Assembly (NCBI GenBank): GCA_965113315.1
Contig: OZ220370.1
Length of the DNA: 64,000 nt
Strand: one strand, 5' to 3'
Source: Podarcis vaucheri
Taxonomy: Eukaryota
Shown: positions 37,600 through 48,287 of the stretch, piece after piece
Layout: every line of letters begins with the position of its first letter
Position numbering within the stretch: the stretch's first letter is position 1
Notes under the pieces: model-generated
Seen by the model: the letters and a program-made list of their open reading frames with translations, nothing else
Told to the model about the DNA's origin: nothing
Database searches by the model: none
Made by a program: the position numbers and the translations under genes

Positions 37600-38760
37600 G
37601 GCAACCCTTGTCCACTGCACAACCCATAGAATCCATCTCACTGTAAATGATCTAAACAGTGTTAAGTTATGTGTGTAATACAGCACGCACAATTGAAGCC
37701 AACCTTTTTTCTGTGAGAGCATCCAAAGACAAAATCTAATACCCAACATACCAATGTTGTGTGAAGCATGATGGACTCCAAAATACAAGAGTGTATCTGC
37801 AGAAACTTACACAAGTATGGTCCCGCAACTCATAACATCATGTAACACCAAGACAACTTGCTGTGTGGATCACAAACACAGACTTTTATTTTCAGTCTTG
37901 TGATCATAAACGAACATTCTTTCATTTATTCTTTCATACAGACAGTTCCCCGAGCTCTATAAAGATAGATGTAATGGAAATGAAAGCATATATACAAGCG
38001 TTGCTGGAAACACAAGGAAGCTTTAGCACAACAATAGAGAAGTGCAAGAAACTTGCAGATGAAGTTGATGTAGAACTTAAAACACCTAGAGAAGCAACAC
38101 AACAGCAAAACTGTGCCGATCAACCCAACCAATCCACAGAAGAGTTCTACCGTTGGTCCATCAATATTCCCTACCTGGATTCGCTTATTACCTGAGATAT
38201 TGGGACACTTTTCTGTCACTAGGTTGCACTGCATAACCCATCATGATGAGCTTCACCAATAACAGTGAACTAACCTGCATAGAGTTTGCTAAAACGACTA
38301 TGATCACAGGTGTACAGCATTTTTTGTGGGGGGGAATACTTTAAAACTCATGTCAGTTTCCTTCAGGATCTTTACAAACTGAAACTGTTGGGGATGAATC
38401 ATTGTGTGAAATATGCAACAAGAGTCTTTAAACTACTGAACTATACTGAACCATTCCTTGCTATTTTAATGGCCATCCATACAGCACTTTCCCTTCCAGT
38501 TATAACATGCAGTTATGACTGATCCTTTAGCACTCTGTGCAGGGTGAAGAAATGGCGATGTACGACAATGAGTGAAGATCGATCGTCTGGCTTGTGTTTG
38601 TGGAGTGACCATGGAGAAAAGTTGAAGACCTATCCCAAGGAGAAATTTATAAAAGAAATGATTGATTGTTTTGGCCAAGACTCTCAGAGGCTCCAGTTTT
38701 TGTTTGAACGATGATCCACTTTGTATTATATTTTCCTTTATGTTATGGACAGGCAAGCAT
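37600..38760 (+). pseudogene. Decayed hAT transposase (THAP12/ZMYM1-like C-terminal half); boundaries approximate
   Basis: Broken frames EEFYRWSINIPYLDSLI, ALSLPVITCS and SFSTLCRVKKW..TTMSEDR (hAT dimerisation-domain motifs) with stops and frameshifts. Confidence 0.75.
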
Positions 38761-39757
38761 TAACAACAAATAAATAAATAAATAAATTCTGACTAGTTTC
38801 AGACCTTATGTCTGTTGTTCACTACAGCCAAGGCAGATTCTGTGTAAAAGGTGTGAAATTCAGCCTTAGGGGTTTTTAATTTGGTTTAGAATCCTACAGT
38901 ATTGTTGTTCAATGGAAAATTTGAAGCTGTGTGTCTTTCTCCTGCCTTAACTCTGTTATTGTTAAATGGACAAATAAAGCAATTTGTTAGCAGTTAGTTT
39001 TGAAATGTGTAATCCCAAACAATACAGTACACCACCACGGTTTCTTGTTGCTTCTCTTCAGCACCATATAATGATGTGTGGGGTTCAGTCATATGAAGAT
39101 TGATAATATTCCATTCAACAATTTGTAGTTACAAGTCATAGACCTTGCGCCTCCACATTTATTTCTGTGGACACCCATGACACAATGGCAGTCAATATAT
39201 GTGACAAGGATTATTAAAAACAGTATACAGATGTGAAAGTTGTAACATATCTATATCCCTAACTCAAACAACACATTGCATATCATTTCTAACACTAACA
39301 TGCCTTATGGTTATACAATTGCTTTTGCTATAAATATGCTATAGTTCTCTAGGTGTGGCTAGTTTTCCATAATACAATGGAGATTCTGTGCAACCTCTCA
39401 AAATAAAGATTATGCAATAAAGTAGGTTTTAAAGAGGGAGGGGAAATATAGTAAAAGGGGAATGTGACCAGAGAAAACGAGCGACTCATAACTCAATTCT
39501 ATGATTTCCTAGAGGAGGCATGACGGAAACATTTTATCTATGCAGACATACCTCCCTGGTTCTGTTTATCAAAATTATTTATGTAATCTTTAAGTGAGTT
39601 GCTACTGTGAAGTATACAGAGACTATATACAATAAGCCCACAACTTGTGTACATTCATCTTCATGCGCATGGCAATTTTCTTAAAAGAAGGGGTGGAGTT
39701 CCAGGATAAACAATTGTGGCAATTCTACCTGCCATTGAACCCAATGGGTTGTGACTA

Positions 39758-40027
39758 CAGTAGAACCTCTACTTACAACTGCCTTCACTCGCAGACGTTC
39801 CAAGTTGCAAACACAGCAAACCCGTAAGTAACAGGCGGGTTTGCGCATGTGCAGGAGTGGCGATTGCTGTTTGCGCCTGCGCAGAAGCGGCAATCGCTGT
39901 TCGCGCATGCGCAAAAGCAGGGAATCGCTGCCCGTGCCTGCGCACAATGGCGCTTCTCCCAGCGACCCGTTTCACCATAAGAATGGTCCTCTGGAATGGA
40001 TTGTGGTTGTGAGTAGAGGTTCCACTG
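39758..40027. mobile_element. Tc1/mariner-superfamily MITE with internal TGCGCA repeats
   Basis: TA|CAGTAGAACCTCTACTTACAAC ... GTTGTGAGTAGAGGTTCCACTG|TA. About four ~30-bp internal repeats. Confidence 0.85.
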
Positions 40028-42057
40028 TATACACAATGTTGGCTTTAGGTGCGATCCCTAAAATATAAGCCCCACCTATGTTGCAGGCCTACCGTACTGA
40101 ATTCTGTTCAAAATGCTTCTAGAAAGGGGGTTGTCTATGTTCCAGGCATCCTCCCAGACAAGATCAGTCACGATAGACAAATTTTGCTTAAAATCAGTTG
40201 GTCAACCATCACTAGACCTTTTAACAAGCTGAAGAGTTTTAGTGGCCTCAAAAAAACCCCACAACACTTATGTAATTGTATTTTTTTTTAACTGTCTTGG
40301 AAGCTTTTTGGATGAAAAGTGGCATAAACATGCTTTGAATAAGATAAACAAATTGGCTGGCACTCCAAAGAACGGAGCGTAAGACTTGGAACCTCCCCCC
40401 AAATCTGCCCTGTAATACATTCCTTTGCAGGAATGTACATTCCTGGGTGAAGCAAGTTTAGAAACTCATTGTCCTAGAACATCTCAGGGCTTAAAGAGGA
40501 GATAGCGAAAAGTTAGATACAGTCAGTATATCTCCTCCACTGCCATGGGCTTGAGGCTAAGATAATAGAGGCTTGCTTAAGGTCAGCTAGTTCCAGAGAG
40601 TTTGTGGCAGAGATGAGATTTGAATCAGCAACTTCCTGACCCACAACTCACACTCTTACAAACAGCACCACACCAATTTTAATTATATTATGCCCTATGA
40701 AGCTGAGAGATATTCTATGAAAGTACAACGCCTCTAGAAACTCCTTTCCACCATCTTAGTCAAATCACTGATAACTATAAGGCTCCAAATGGAAACCTTT
40801 AAGAATATTATCAATAGCAATGCTCTGTGAAGAGTGTGATCAAGCAAAGCAAAAAAGAATTCTTGAGGGGGGAGAAATGTTGCCAATTATCAGTATATAT
40901 ACTTTAAAATAATATTTTAAAGATGACGTGGTCCAGGTTTTAAATGTATTTGAGATGTTTCTGACCAGCTTTTCCTTGTAATGCCACACTGCTTTCCTTT
41001 CCAAAAGTAAACCGCATGCCATGTTTTTATATTTGTCCAACAGCTCTTTTAAATACAGGTAATGTAATAAATTGCTCATTTTTATTTAACTAAATTCAGG
41101 AATCCCTCTTGCAAAACATGCACTGTAAGAAAACAATTTGCTGTATATCACCAATAAAATAGGTATTTCTCCTGATATACTTTAGCATTGCTTACTGAGT
41201 ATTGTACAAATTATGAATGAATATATTTTATTTAGAAATGCATTATTGACAGAAATCTATCAATAGTAAAGTGGGTATTGTCAAGGGCCTGTCAATATTA
41301 ATGTAATTATGATTAAGGGGATAACATGGATTTTAGCTTTAATACCAAATAACATCTCCTACATTGCTGCTATCAATATAAGCATTATTATTGACCTGTT
41401 CTGAGGCTCAGAACTAGATGTATTACCATTAGGCATATTTGTCAATGCATTCTGCCTACAAAAATTCTACATTTAAATTTACAGGCCTGTAAACTTTGGC
41501 AGCAGAAATGTATGAGTTCAAGTAATCTCTAGGGTGTCATTCCCCCCTTCGCCCACTATTCTACTGTAATAAACTAATTTATGCCAATCCAATGTCACTG
41601 CCATCTCACTCCCACTCTATCTCATTTTTTAAGCATAATTAGCAGAAAACAAACAGCATTTTCATAATGGAAGGTCACACACATTCTGTTACTTAATATA
41701 TGCTGGCCTTGCATATCTTCAGGATCCAAAGCTTAGGCAGAAAAGGAAACTAATGGGCTAAAACTCCTATTGTAAGAAGTTTGACTACTGAAATCCCTTA
41801 ATTGTGTTGGCTGTGAATGCAGCAGCTTATTAGTGAACCTCTCAGTAAGTAATATTCCAATTGATTCAAACGTCTTATTATCCAAGTGCCTTAGTTCCCA
41901 AGGCCATTTACATCAGTGAGGCATGCTGATAATCTGTTAGGCACTCATCACAGTGTAAAATGCATCTCCAGCTGCCAATCAATACCACATCTCTTGTGGG
42001 CTACATTGTCTTGCTCAAACATTTTGTGGGGTCTGGGTACAGTGCTTGGAGGGGTAA

Positions 42058-42250
42058 GGGAAAGGGCTGTAGTGATAAGAACATCTGCTTTGAATGCAGA
42101 AGGCCACAGCTTCAATTCCCCAACATCTCCAGGTAGCGCTGGGAATGTTCCCTGTCTAAAACCCTGGACAGCTGCTGCCAGTCAGTGTAGGCAATGGTAA
42201 GTTAGATGGACCACGGATCTGACAATATAAGCTAGCTTCCTTTCTTCCTA
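42058..42250 (+). mobile_element. tRNA-Ala-type SINE (Squam2-like)
   Basis: Homologous to 52927-53125 (CATCTGCTTTGAATGCAGAAGG..CATCTCCAGGTAG..CTGCCAGTCAG..CTTCCT). Confidence 0.75.
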
Positions 42251-42744
42251 AGGAGCACAGTTACACAGGGACAGAGAACCTCTGGCCCTCCAAATGCTGG
42301 AAGAGTTCAGCCAAGATGGCTACGACTCAGAAATCGGAGTCTACCAACTCAGGAGGTCCACAGGTTTCACATCCCTGGTTTCCATCATGACCTATTCCTG
42401 TGTCACCTCTGCTGGCATTAGCTGAAGACTTCATTTTGAAAGCTTTTTTTTAAAAAAACAGGTTATCATAAATTTAGTATATAGAGCGTAACTCTAAAAC
42501 ATTTCCAAGCAGGACCCACCTCTGTAATGAACATTGCTACTGTTTCTGATGACAGAAAGGCAAACAAGACTTAAAAAGAAAGAGGGAGAGGAAATCTGAA
42601 GTGTCGATTTTCCAGCAGAAATGCATTTTGTGGAATAAGTTGTAAAATGTATGAATTGTTACAGGTGATGAAATTGAACTAAATCATGTCACCAAACTAG
42701 AACAAAAGCAGGCACAGAAAATCACTTGCACTGATGGTTTTCAT

Positions 42745-45623
42745 CAGTGCTTTTTTCATTTCTTGTTTTGGAGAAAAAACGATGCCGGTACTCACCATGA
42801 AGTTGTTAGAGTAAGTGCCACACTTTTGATACATCCTCCGATGTACCTTCATCTTCTCTACATCGCTTCCTGCTTTTTGTATCAACTGCATTATGATGTC
42901 CTTGTAGCAGCCATGATTCAACATATTTGGTAGGACTGAATTGAGTAAGAGGTGGTCCTACCATCCTGATGAACATCAGAGAAGAAACTGTCCGAATAAC
43001 CAGAGATGATCTTGATGAAGTTACTGTAAGATTCATCTGAGATAATCCTCTTTCACATTCAGTCGAAGATATTGCAATTGTGCTTAAAGCGTGCATTAGA
43101 GGAAGTAATTTGTCCGGGACTTCATTTTCTTCAAGATATTCATGAAAGCCAAGAATTGTTTCATTTTCATTTAAGCAAAACTTTTGTGCTAGTTTTCTAA
43201 TTTCAGTTTCACCAAAGGTTAATTGCTTTCCAGGATTTTCTGGCCAATATTTGGAATCTAAGACCTTGGCACATTCAGGCAAATCAGCATCATCTCCTTC
43301 AAGTATACACTTTCTAACAGTTTCTTTCAGACTTTCATAGAAAGCAGATGAACTTATTGTAGGGGTAAGTTTTTCATTTTTGTGGAGCTCACTCCCTTTG
43401 AACTTCATAGTCTTCTGACTCTCAAGAGCAACATTATAGTATGGACCAGGATTTTCAATTCGTTCTTCAAAAAGTTGAACTGTGTTCCTTATCTTCCTGT
43501 CTGCTGTAAACAAATCAATATTTTGCTCTTGTAAATCCAAGTTTAGTTCACTGAGAACTTGGAGAGCATCACACATAAGACCCAAATCGAGAACAAATTC
43601 ACATGATGTTATTGTCCGTAAAAGACCCTCATAAAGACAGCGATCTGTTTTGCTTCTTCTCCTGTCTTCTTTTGCCTCCTGAAAGTGATAAACCAGTGCT
43701 TCATAATCTTGCCAAACTGCGAAAACTGTGCAAAAGCTAGAAGCAACCCAGCGGGTGCTTAAAATCCTTCCAATTTTCAGAAGCTGAAGTTCTAGAGTTG
43801 CTGCACATTCCTCCAATTCCCTAGCATTCTCGGGTGAAGCGTGGTAAGTCACATAAAGTTTGTCCATAAAATTCTTAAAGTGATTAACTCCAACCACTTT
43901 GTTCACTGTGTCACTGACAGACAATTCCAGACGATGGTTAGCACAACGCCAGAACATAACACTCGGAAATTTTTCTTTTATTAACCTTTTTACACCACCA
44001 CGTGCGCCAAACAACACTGCACCACCATCACAAGTGACAGACAATAAATACTCCTTTAAATAATCTTCTGAGATTCCTAGGGACTCAAGATGACTGATTA
44101 ATGAGCTTAAAATTCCTCTTGCTGTTGTATCTTGTAACTCAATCAAATCTAAGAAAAGACTTACTGGAGCCGAATGTTTGGGAAGAACTACGCGAATACT
44201 AACAATCAAAGTTATTCTGTTATTCACTGTTGTTGATTCATCAATAATTAAGGACATTTTGTTCTTAGAGTTCACTATGTTGCTTATTAATGTTTTTCTC
44301 ATTTCATCTGCAATATGGTTTAAAATATTAATGCAGGCATTTGTAGAGTGAAAGGTATATCCCATGTCTAGGCCATTAAGTTCCTGTAAATTTATTTCAT
44401 CCTCAAAGTTGTTAAATGCTTGATTTTTCTTTGCAACTTTGTAAGCAGTTCGAAACACTTTTGTTGTGTTTAAGATGACTTTATCTAACTTTTCACTTTT
44501 AGACTCAGATTTTATCCTTTCAGCTGCTTTGTGAGCGCCACTTTCCTTGTGTTCGAAAATCTTTTTTCTTAAAGACATTAACTGTTGTTTTCGAGACTCT
44601 CCAAAATGACTAATTTTGCAATTGGCCCACTCTACTGAAATTTTCACTCCCATCCGTTTTTCGACAGGAAGACTTCCGATATCTCGGCACACTTTGCAGC
44701 CCAACCTTTTATTGTTGACAAAGAGCCACTCATTTCTCTGACAGAAGTCATTTTTCTGCAATAGTGTCCAACATTCGGGCCAATCTTTGCCTGAACTTCC
44801 ATCCTCTTGACCACATGTATCTTCAGTGTTAGTTTTGCGATGTTTGAAAGGATCAGAAGTTGATTCAACAATTTCTGCTGCTTCTTCAGCCTTCCTTTTT
44901 TGACTTAGTGGAACAAAGTAACTACTTAAGGTACTCATTATGAAAAATGATTGCACTGATTTAACTTGGATCACATGTACAACTGCCTCATCATGCCTTC
45001 TGCAAAGCGGCTATACTGAGCATAGGTCTGAAAAAGAAAGAGAGGCTGGCGTTAGAAGAATTCCAGAAGCAGAACTTGGAAAGACAATGGAGGGGTCCCA
45101 CAAAGAGGGCTTGTTTTGGCGCTGGCCATGGCACCAACTTCCCCGGCCACACTGCAGGAATTGGACTAGATGACCCTTAGGGTCCCTTAAAGCCAGATGG
45201 CCTCCCTCCCTCCCATTCTCATATTACCTGGGACTTTTGCCGCACTGGCTCCGGTGACTTTGGCGGCTTCGGCAGCTCCTGCGCCCACCCTGCCACGGCC
45301 ATCATGAATGCTGCCAGTGAGGCGACCAAGCCGCACATGGCCAACAGTGGAGTGCAGTGCGTTGCTGGGGATGCACATCACACTGTGCTGCCTGCTCTTG
45401 CGCTCCACAGGGAGCGGGACTCATGCGCTCTGGCAAGCCACGCTGCTGCTGACAGGAAGCAGCAGCTGTTATCGGGCCCAGGAACAGCTCCCGGAGGGCG
45501 GTGGCAGCCGGGCCCTGGAGTGGCACTGCCCATGCCATGTCTCCTCATGCGGCCAAGCATCTCCAGGAAAAATAAAGTGCCGGTATTAAGGATCATTGGG
45601 TACCGCCAGAAAAATAAGCACTG
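42745..45623 (-). mobile_element. Full-length hAT DNA transposon (2879 bp; Tip100/Zaphod-like ends) in the inferred PEX2 5'-UTR intron
   Basis: Left end CAGTGCTTTTTT (42745), right end AAAAATAAGCACTG (45623). Perfect 8-bp TSD GTTTTCAT at 42737-42744 and 45624-45631. TGCCGGTA motif near both ends. Encloses the transposase ORF. Confidence 0.93.
42806..44938 (-). CDS. Intact hAT transposase, 710 aa (KIAA1586/ZNF862-like)
   Basis: First ATG at 44938 (MSTLSSYF). N-terminal CKVC..H..H Zn-finger-like motif, IIDEST (D233), TCDGG (D304), CANH (CxxH), STRW, TECER (E629), and basic NLS-like KRK / KSRKR. No stop or frameshift. Confidence 0.88.
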   Translation of the reverse strand: MSTLSSYFVPLSQKRKAEEAAEIVESTSDPFKHRKTNTEDTCGQEDGSSGKDWPECWTLLQKNDFCQRNEWLFVNNKRLGCKVCRDIGSLPVEKRMGVKISVEWANCKISHFGESRKQQLMSLRKKIFEHKESGAHKAAERIKSESKSEKLDKVILNTTKVFRTAYKVAKKNQAFNNFEDEINLQELNGLDMGYTFHSTNACINILNHIADEMRKTLISNIVNSKNKMSLIIDESTTVNNRITLIVSIRVVLPKHSAPVSLFLDLIELQDTTARGILSSLISHLESLGISEDYLKEYLLSVTCDGGAVLFGARGGVKRLIKEKFPSVMFWRCANHRLELSVSDTVNKVVGVNHFKNFMDKLYVTYHASPENARELEECAATLELQLLKIGRILSTRWVASSFCTVFAVWQDYEALVYHFQEAKEDRRRSKTDRCLYEGLLRTITSCEFVLDLGLMCDALQVLSELNLDLQEQNIDLFTADRKIRNTVQLFEERIENPGPYYNVALESQKTMKFKGSELHKNEKLTPTISSSAFYESLKETVRKCILEGDDADLPECAKVLDSKYWPENPGKQLTFGETEIRKLAQKFCLNENETILGFHEYLEENEVPDKLLPLMHALSTIAISSTECERGLSQMNLTVTSSRSSLVIRTVSSLMFIRMVGPPLTQFSPTKYVESWLLQGHHNAVDTKSRKRCREDEGTSEDVSKVWHLL

Positions 45624-47108
45624 GTTTTCATCCAAGACCCAGTTTCTGGCTATAAGACCCTTTACCAACCTAGTGCTCCCCATATGTTGTTGGACTATAA
45701 CTCTCACAATGTGCTGGCTGCAGCTGATGAGAGTTATAGTCCTACAACATCTGGAGCCTACCAGGTTGGCCTTGACCTTGAACATGGCCTGAAGGTATAC
45801 AACGCAACACCCCTGCAGAAGCAGCAGGTTAAATTCTGGTCAGCGGCTGGACATCAGATTACCTGGGAACCCTGTGTGCTGCAAGTTCCATCATGGAAGA
45901 GAGATGTCAATGTAATAAAGATAGACTATTTATCAACATGATAATTTCTTAGAGTAATTCCTACTGTGCGTGATATTAAAAGATTTCTCAAAATCATTTG
46001 TATTGAGTCCATGCCAAGGAGCCTGAGGAGTATTGAGGAATACAGTTGCATGAGAATTCAGCTGCCAAGTAAGAAGACTTCTATCAAAGCTACAGTGTGC
46101 AAGACAAACTCATTGTTCTTTGTTTAAAAGGGACCACATTGGCTGTCTGTAGGCTGCCTCCACTCTACGGGTTTCCAACCCAAACCACAATAGAGAATCT
46201 CCTTAGAGATGCATACTGTACAATGTATTTTTCTATCTTCAGTCTCATCAAAGATAGGTACGTTACCTCAACAAAAGCCTCACTAGAAGCCCAGAGTATA
46301 TTATCTCTTAATCACTGTAAAATTAGTTTGCCATTACTATGCCATTAGCTTAAATAACCTTAGAAAAGATTAATTTCATATTACATTTTAAATTTCTATA
46401 TTCTTCAATTAAGTGCCTACTATCGTTTGAAAGAATAATAGAGACTTAGGTTCTCTAACCATTCTGCATAGCTAATAATACATAACATTTATATAACTTT
46501 CCATGTTTGAATCCCTGAAAATGTTAACTGATTATTTTCATGGTATTCCTGTGAGGCATTGAAGAATTATCTCTATTTTACATGTGGAAAAGAGGACTTC
46601 AGAACATATTGCATCAAAATTTGGGGAAAAGACTAGAAGGAGAAATCACATGATTTCCATGACTATATTCATTTTCTTAAGTCACATAATCTTTTACTTA
46701 GAATTTTAGTCATTTAATTTACGGTTCTTTACTGGATATTGTAAAAAGGATAAATAACTATGGGAAATAGAAGGGAAATATCTAGGTTTGTGAATTTTAG
46801 CTACCTTGATAAAGAGGACTGGACTGATAATACCCCTTTTAATTTTTCATGAAAATGCATTATGTTGCCTGGAGATAATCAACTTTCTGTACCATGCAAG
46901 AAGTATCTTACTATGCTAGACATCATTGATGGCTATGTCCACAATAATGCTTAGGCCGGAAATGGTAGTTTGGCAAAAATACTGGATTTGTAACACATTT
47001 CATTTCAGAAGCTATTATTGCTGCTACTAGTACTGTTACTATGATTTTGCCCAATGGCAGTAGCATTGATACCTGTAAGACCAACAACTCAAGTAGTAAG
47101 ATCCTGAG

Positions 47109-47332
47109 CAGGGGTCAGCAACCTTTTTCAGCCGTGGGCCGGTCCACCGTCCCTCAGACCATGTGGTAGGCTGGAGTCGACTATGCCCCACAAATAACTC
47201 AGAGATGCATTTTAAATAAAAGCACACATTCTACTCATGTAAAAACACACTGATTCCCGGGCCATCTGTGGGCCGGATTTAGAAGGTGATTGGGCCGCAT
47301 CCAGCCCCCAGGCCTTAGGTTGCTTACCCCTG
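47109..47332. mobile_element. hAT (Charlie-like) MITE
   Basis: CAGGGGTCAGCAACCT ... AGGTTGCTTACCCCTG. TSD ATCCTGAG/ATCTTGAG. Confidence 0.88.
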
Positions 47333-47663
47333 ATCTTGAGTTTTACATAACTTTTATTCTGGCTAAATGTCCTTTCCCGCCTTACCCCACACCATCCTGT
47401 TGCCCCAAGAGGAACTGGTAGCTTTGGTATATCAACTCAAATCCTTTCTACTGGGCACAAACTTACTTAAGGCAAATAATTTTTTTGAAATAGGTAACTG
47501 TAAGACAGTTGGGTGTCTGTTCTGCCTTTTACCAACAATCTTCATCTCTTCAACCTCGCTTCTGTTTAACATCTAGCCGGGTGCACCGCTCTGGGAAACA
47601 TAAAAGGCGGTTCAGTCCTAATAAGGGTATTACATTACTAATAGAGAGATAGTTGATCTAAAC

Positions 47664-48012
47664 CAGGGGTCGGCAAGGTTTACCGGCCATGGGCCAGATC
47701 ACTCCCACGGAGATCATCCTGGCACTGGACTGGCATAGCGCGACGCCGGATAGCGCATCTGCGCATGTCCGCGGCGCCAGAAATTGCTTCTGCGCAAGCC
47801 TAGACGCCAAAAATCCCGCCTGCGCAGAAGCGATTTTCGGCATCTGGACATGTGCAGACATGATTTCCAGTATCTGCACCTGCGCAGATGCAATTTCTGG
47901 CACCACTTGGTTAGTCCCCGTGCCGTGCTGCTTTAGCGCAGCATGCGGGGAACTCACCGAGTGGGTGGCTTGGTTCAGGGGTGGTTCGTGGGCTGCACGT
48001 TGCTGACCCCTG
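47664..48012. mobile_element. hAT (Charlie-like) MITE with internal TGCGCA repeats
   Basis: CAGGGGTCGGCAAGGT ... ACGTTGCTGACCCCTG. Perfect TSD ATCTAAAC at 47656-47663 and 48013-48020. Confidence 0.9.
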
Positions 48013-48054
48013 ATCTAAACAGAAATGGAAAACTCTTTCCTGTACACACACACA

Positions 48055-48287
48055 CAGTGGCACCTCGAATTTTGAACATAATCCATTCCAGAAGACTGTT
48101 CAACTTCTGAAACGTTCAAAAACTCAATATGGAAGCCTCGATACCATAGGGAAACTCAAAAAGGAAGCCGCATGGCACGTTCAGCTTCTGAAAATCGTTT
48201 GAAAACTGGAGGTTACTTCTGGGTTTTCGGCACTTGAAAGCCGAAATGTTCCGACTTCTGAGATTCTCAAAAACTGAGGTTCCACTG
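48055..48287. mobile_element. Tc1/mariner-superfamily MITE (inverted relative to 1939-2180)
   Basis: CAGTGGCACCTC ... GAGGTTCCACTG|TA. Internal TTACTTCTGGGTTTT is the reverse complement of AAAACCCAGAAGTAA in the first copy. Confidence 0.8.

Noticed and set aside
42806-44974. Calling the ORF the KIAA1586 or ZNF862 orthologue
   Set aside because: It sits inside TIRs and a TSD in a PEX2 intron. The similarity is at family level only, so no gene symbol is assigned.
44939-45305. N-terminal fusion of an upstream exon to the transposase
   Set aside because: An in-frame TAG at 45013-45011 lies downstream of the strong acceptor, and the 45305 ATG frame terminates at 44971 after splicing.
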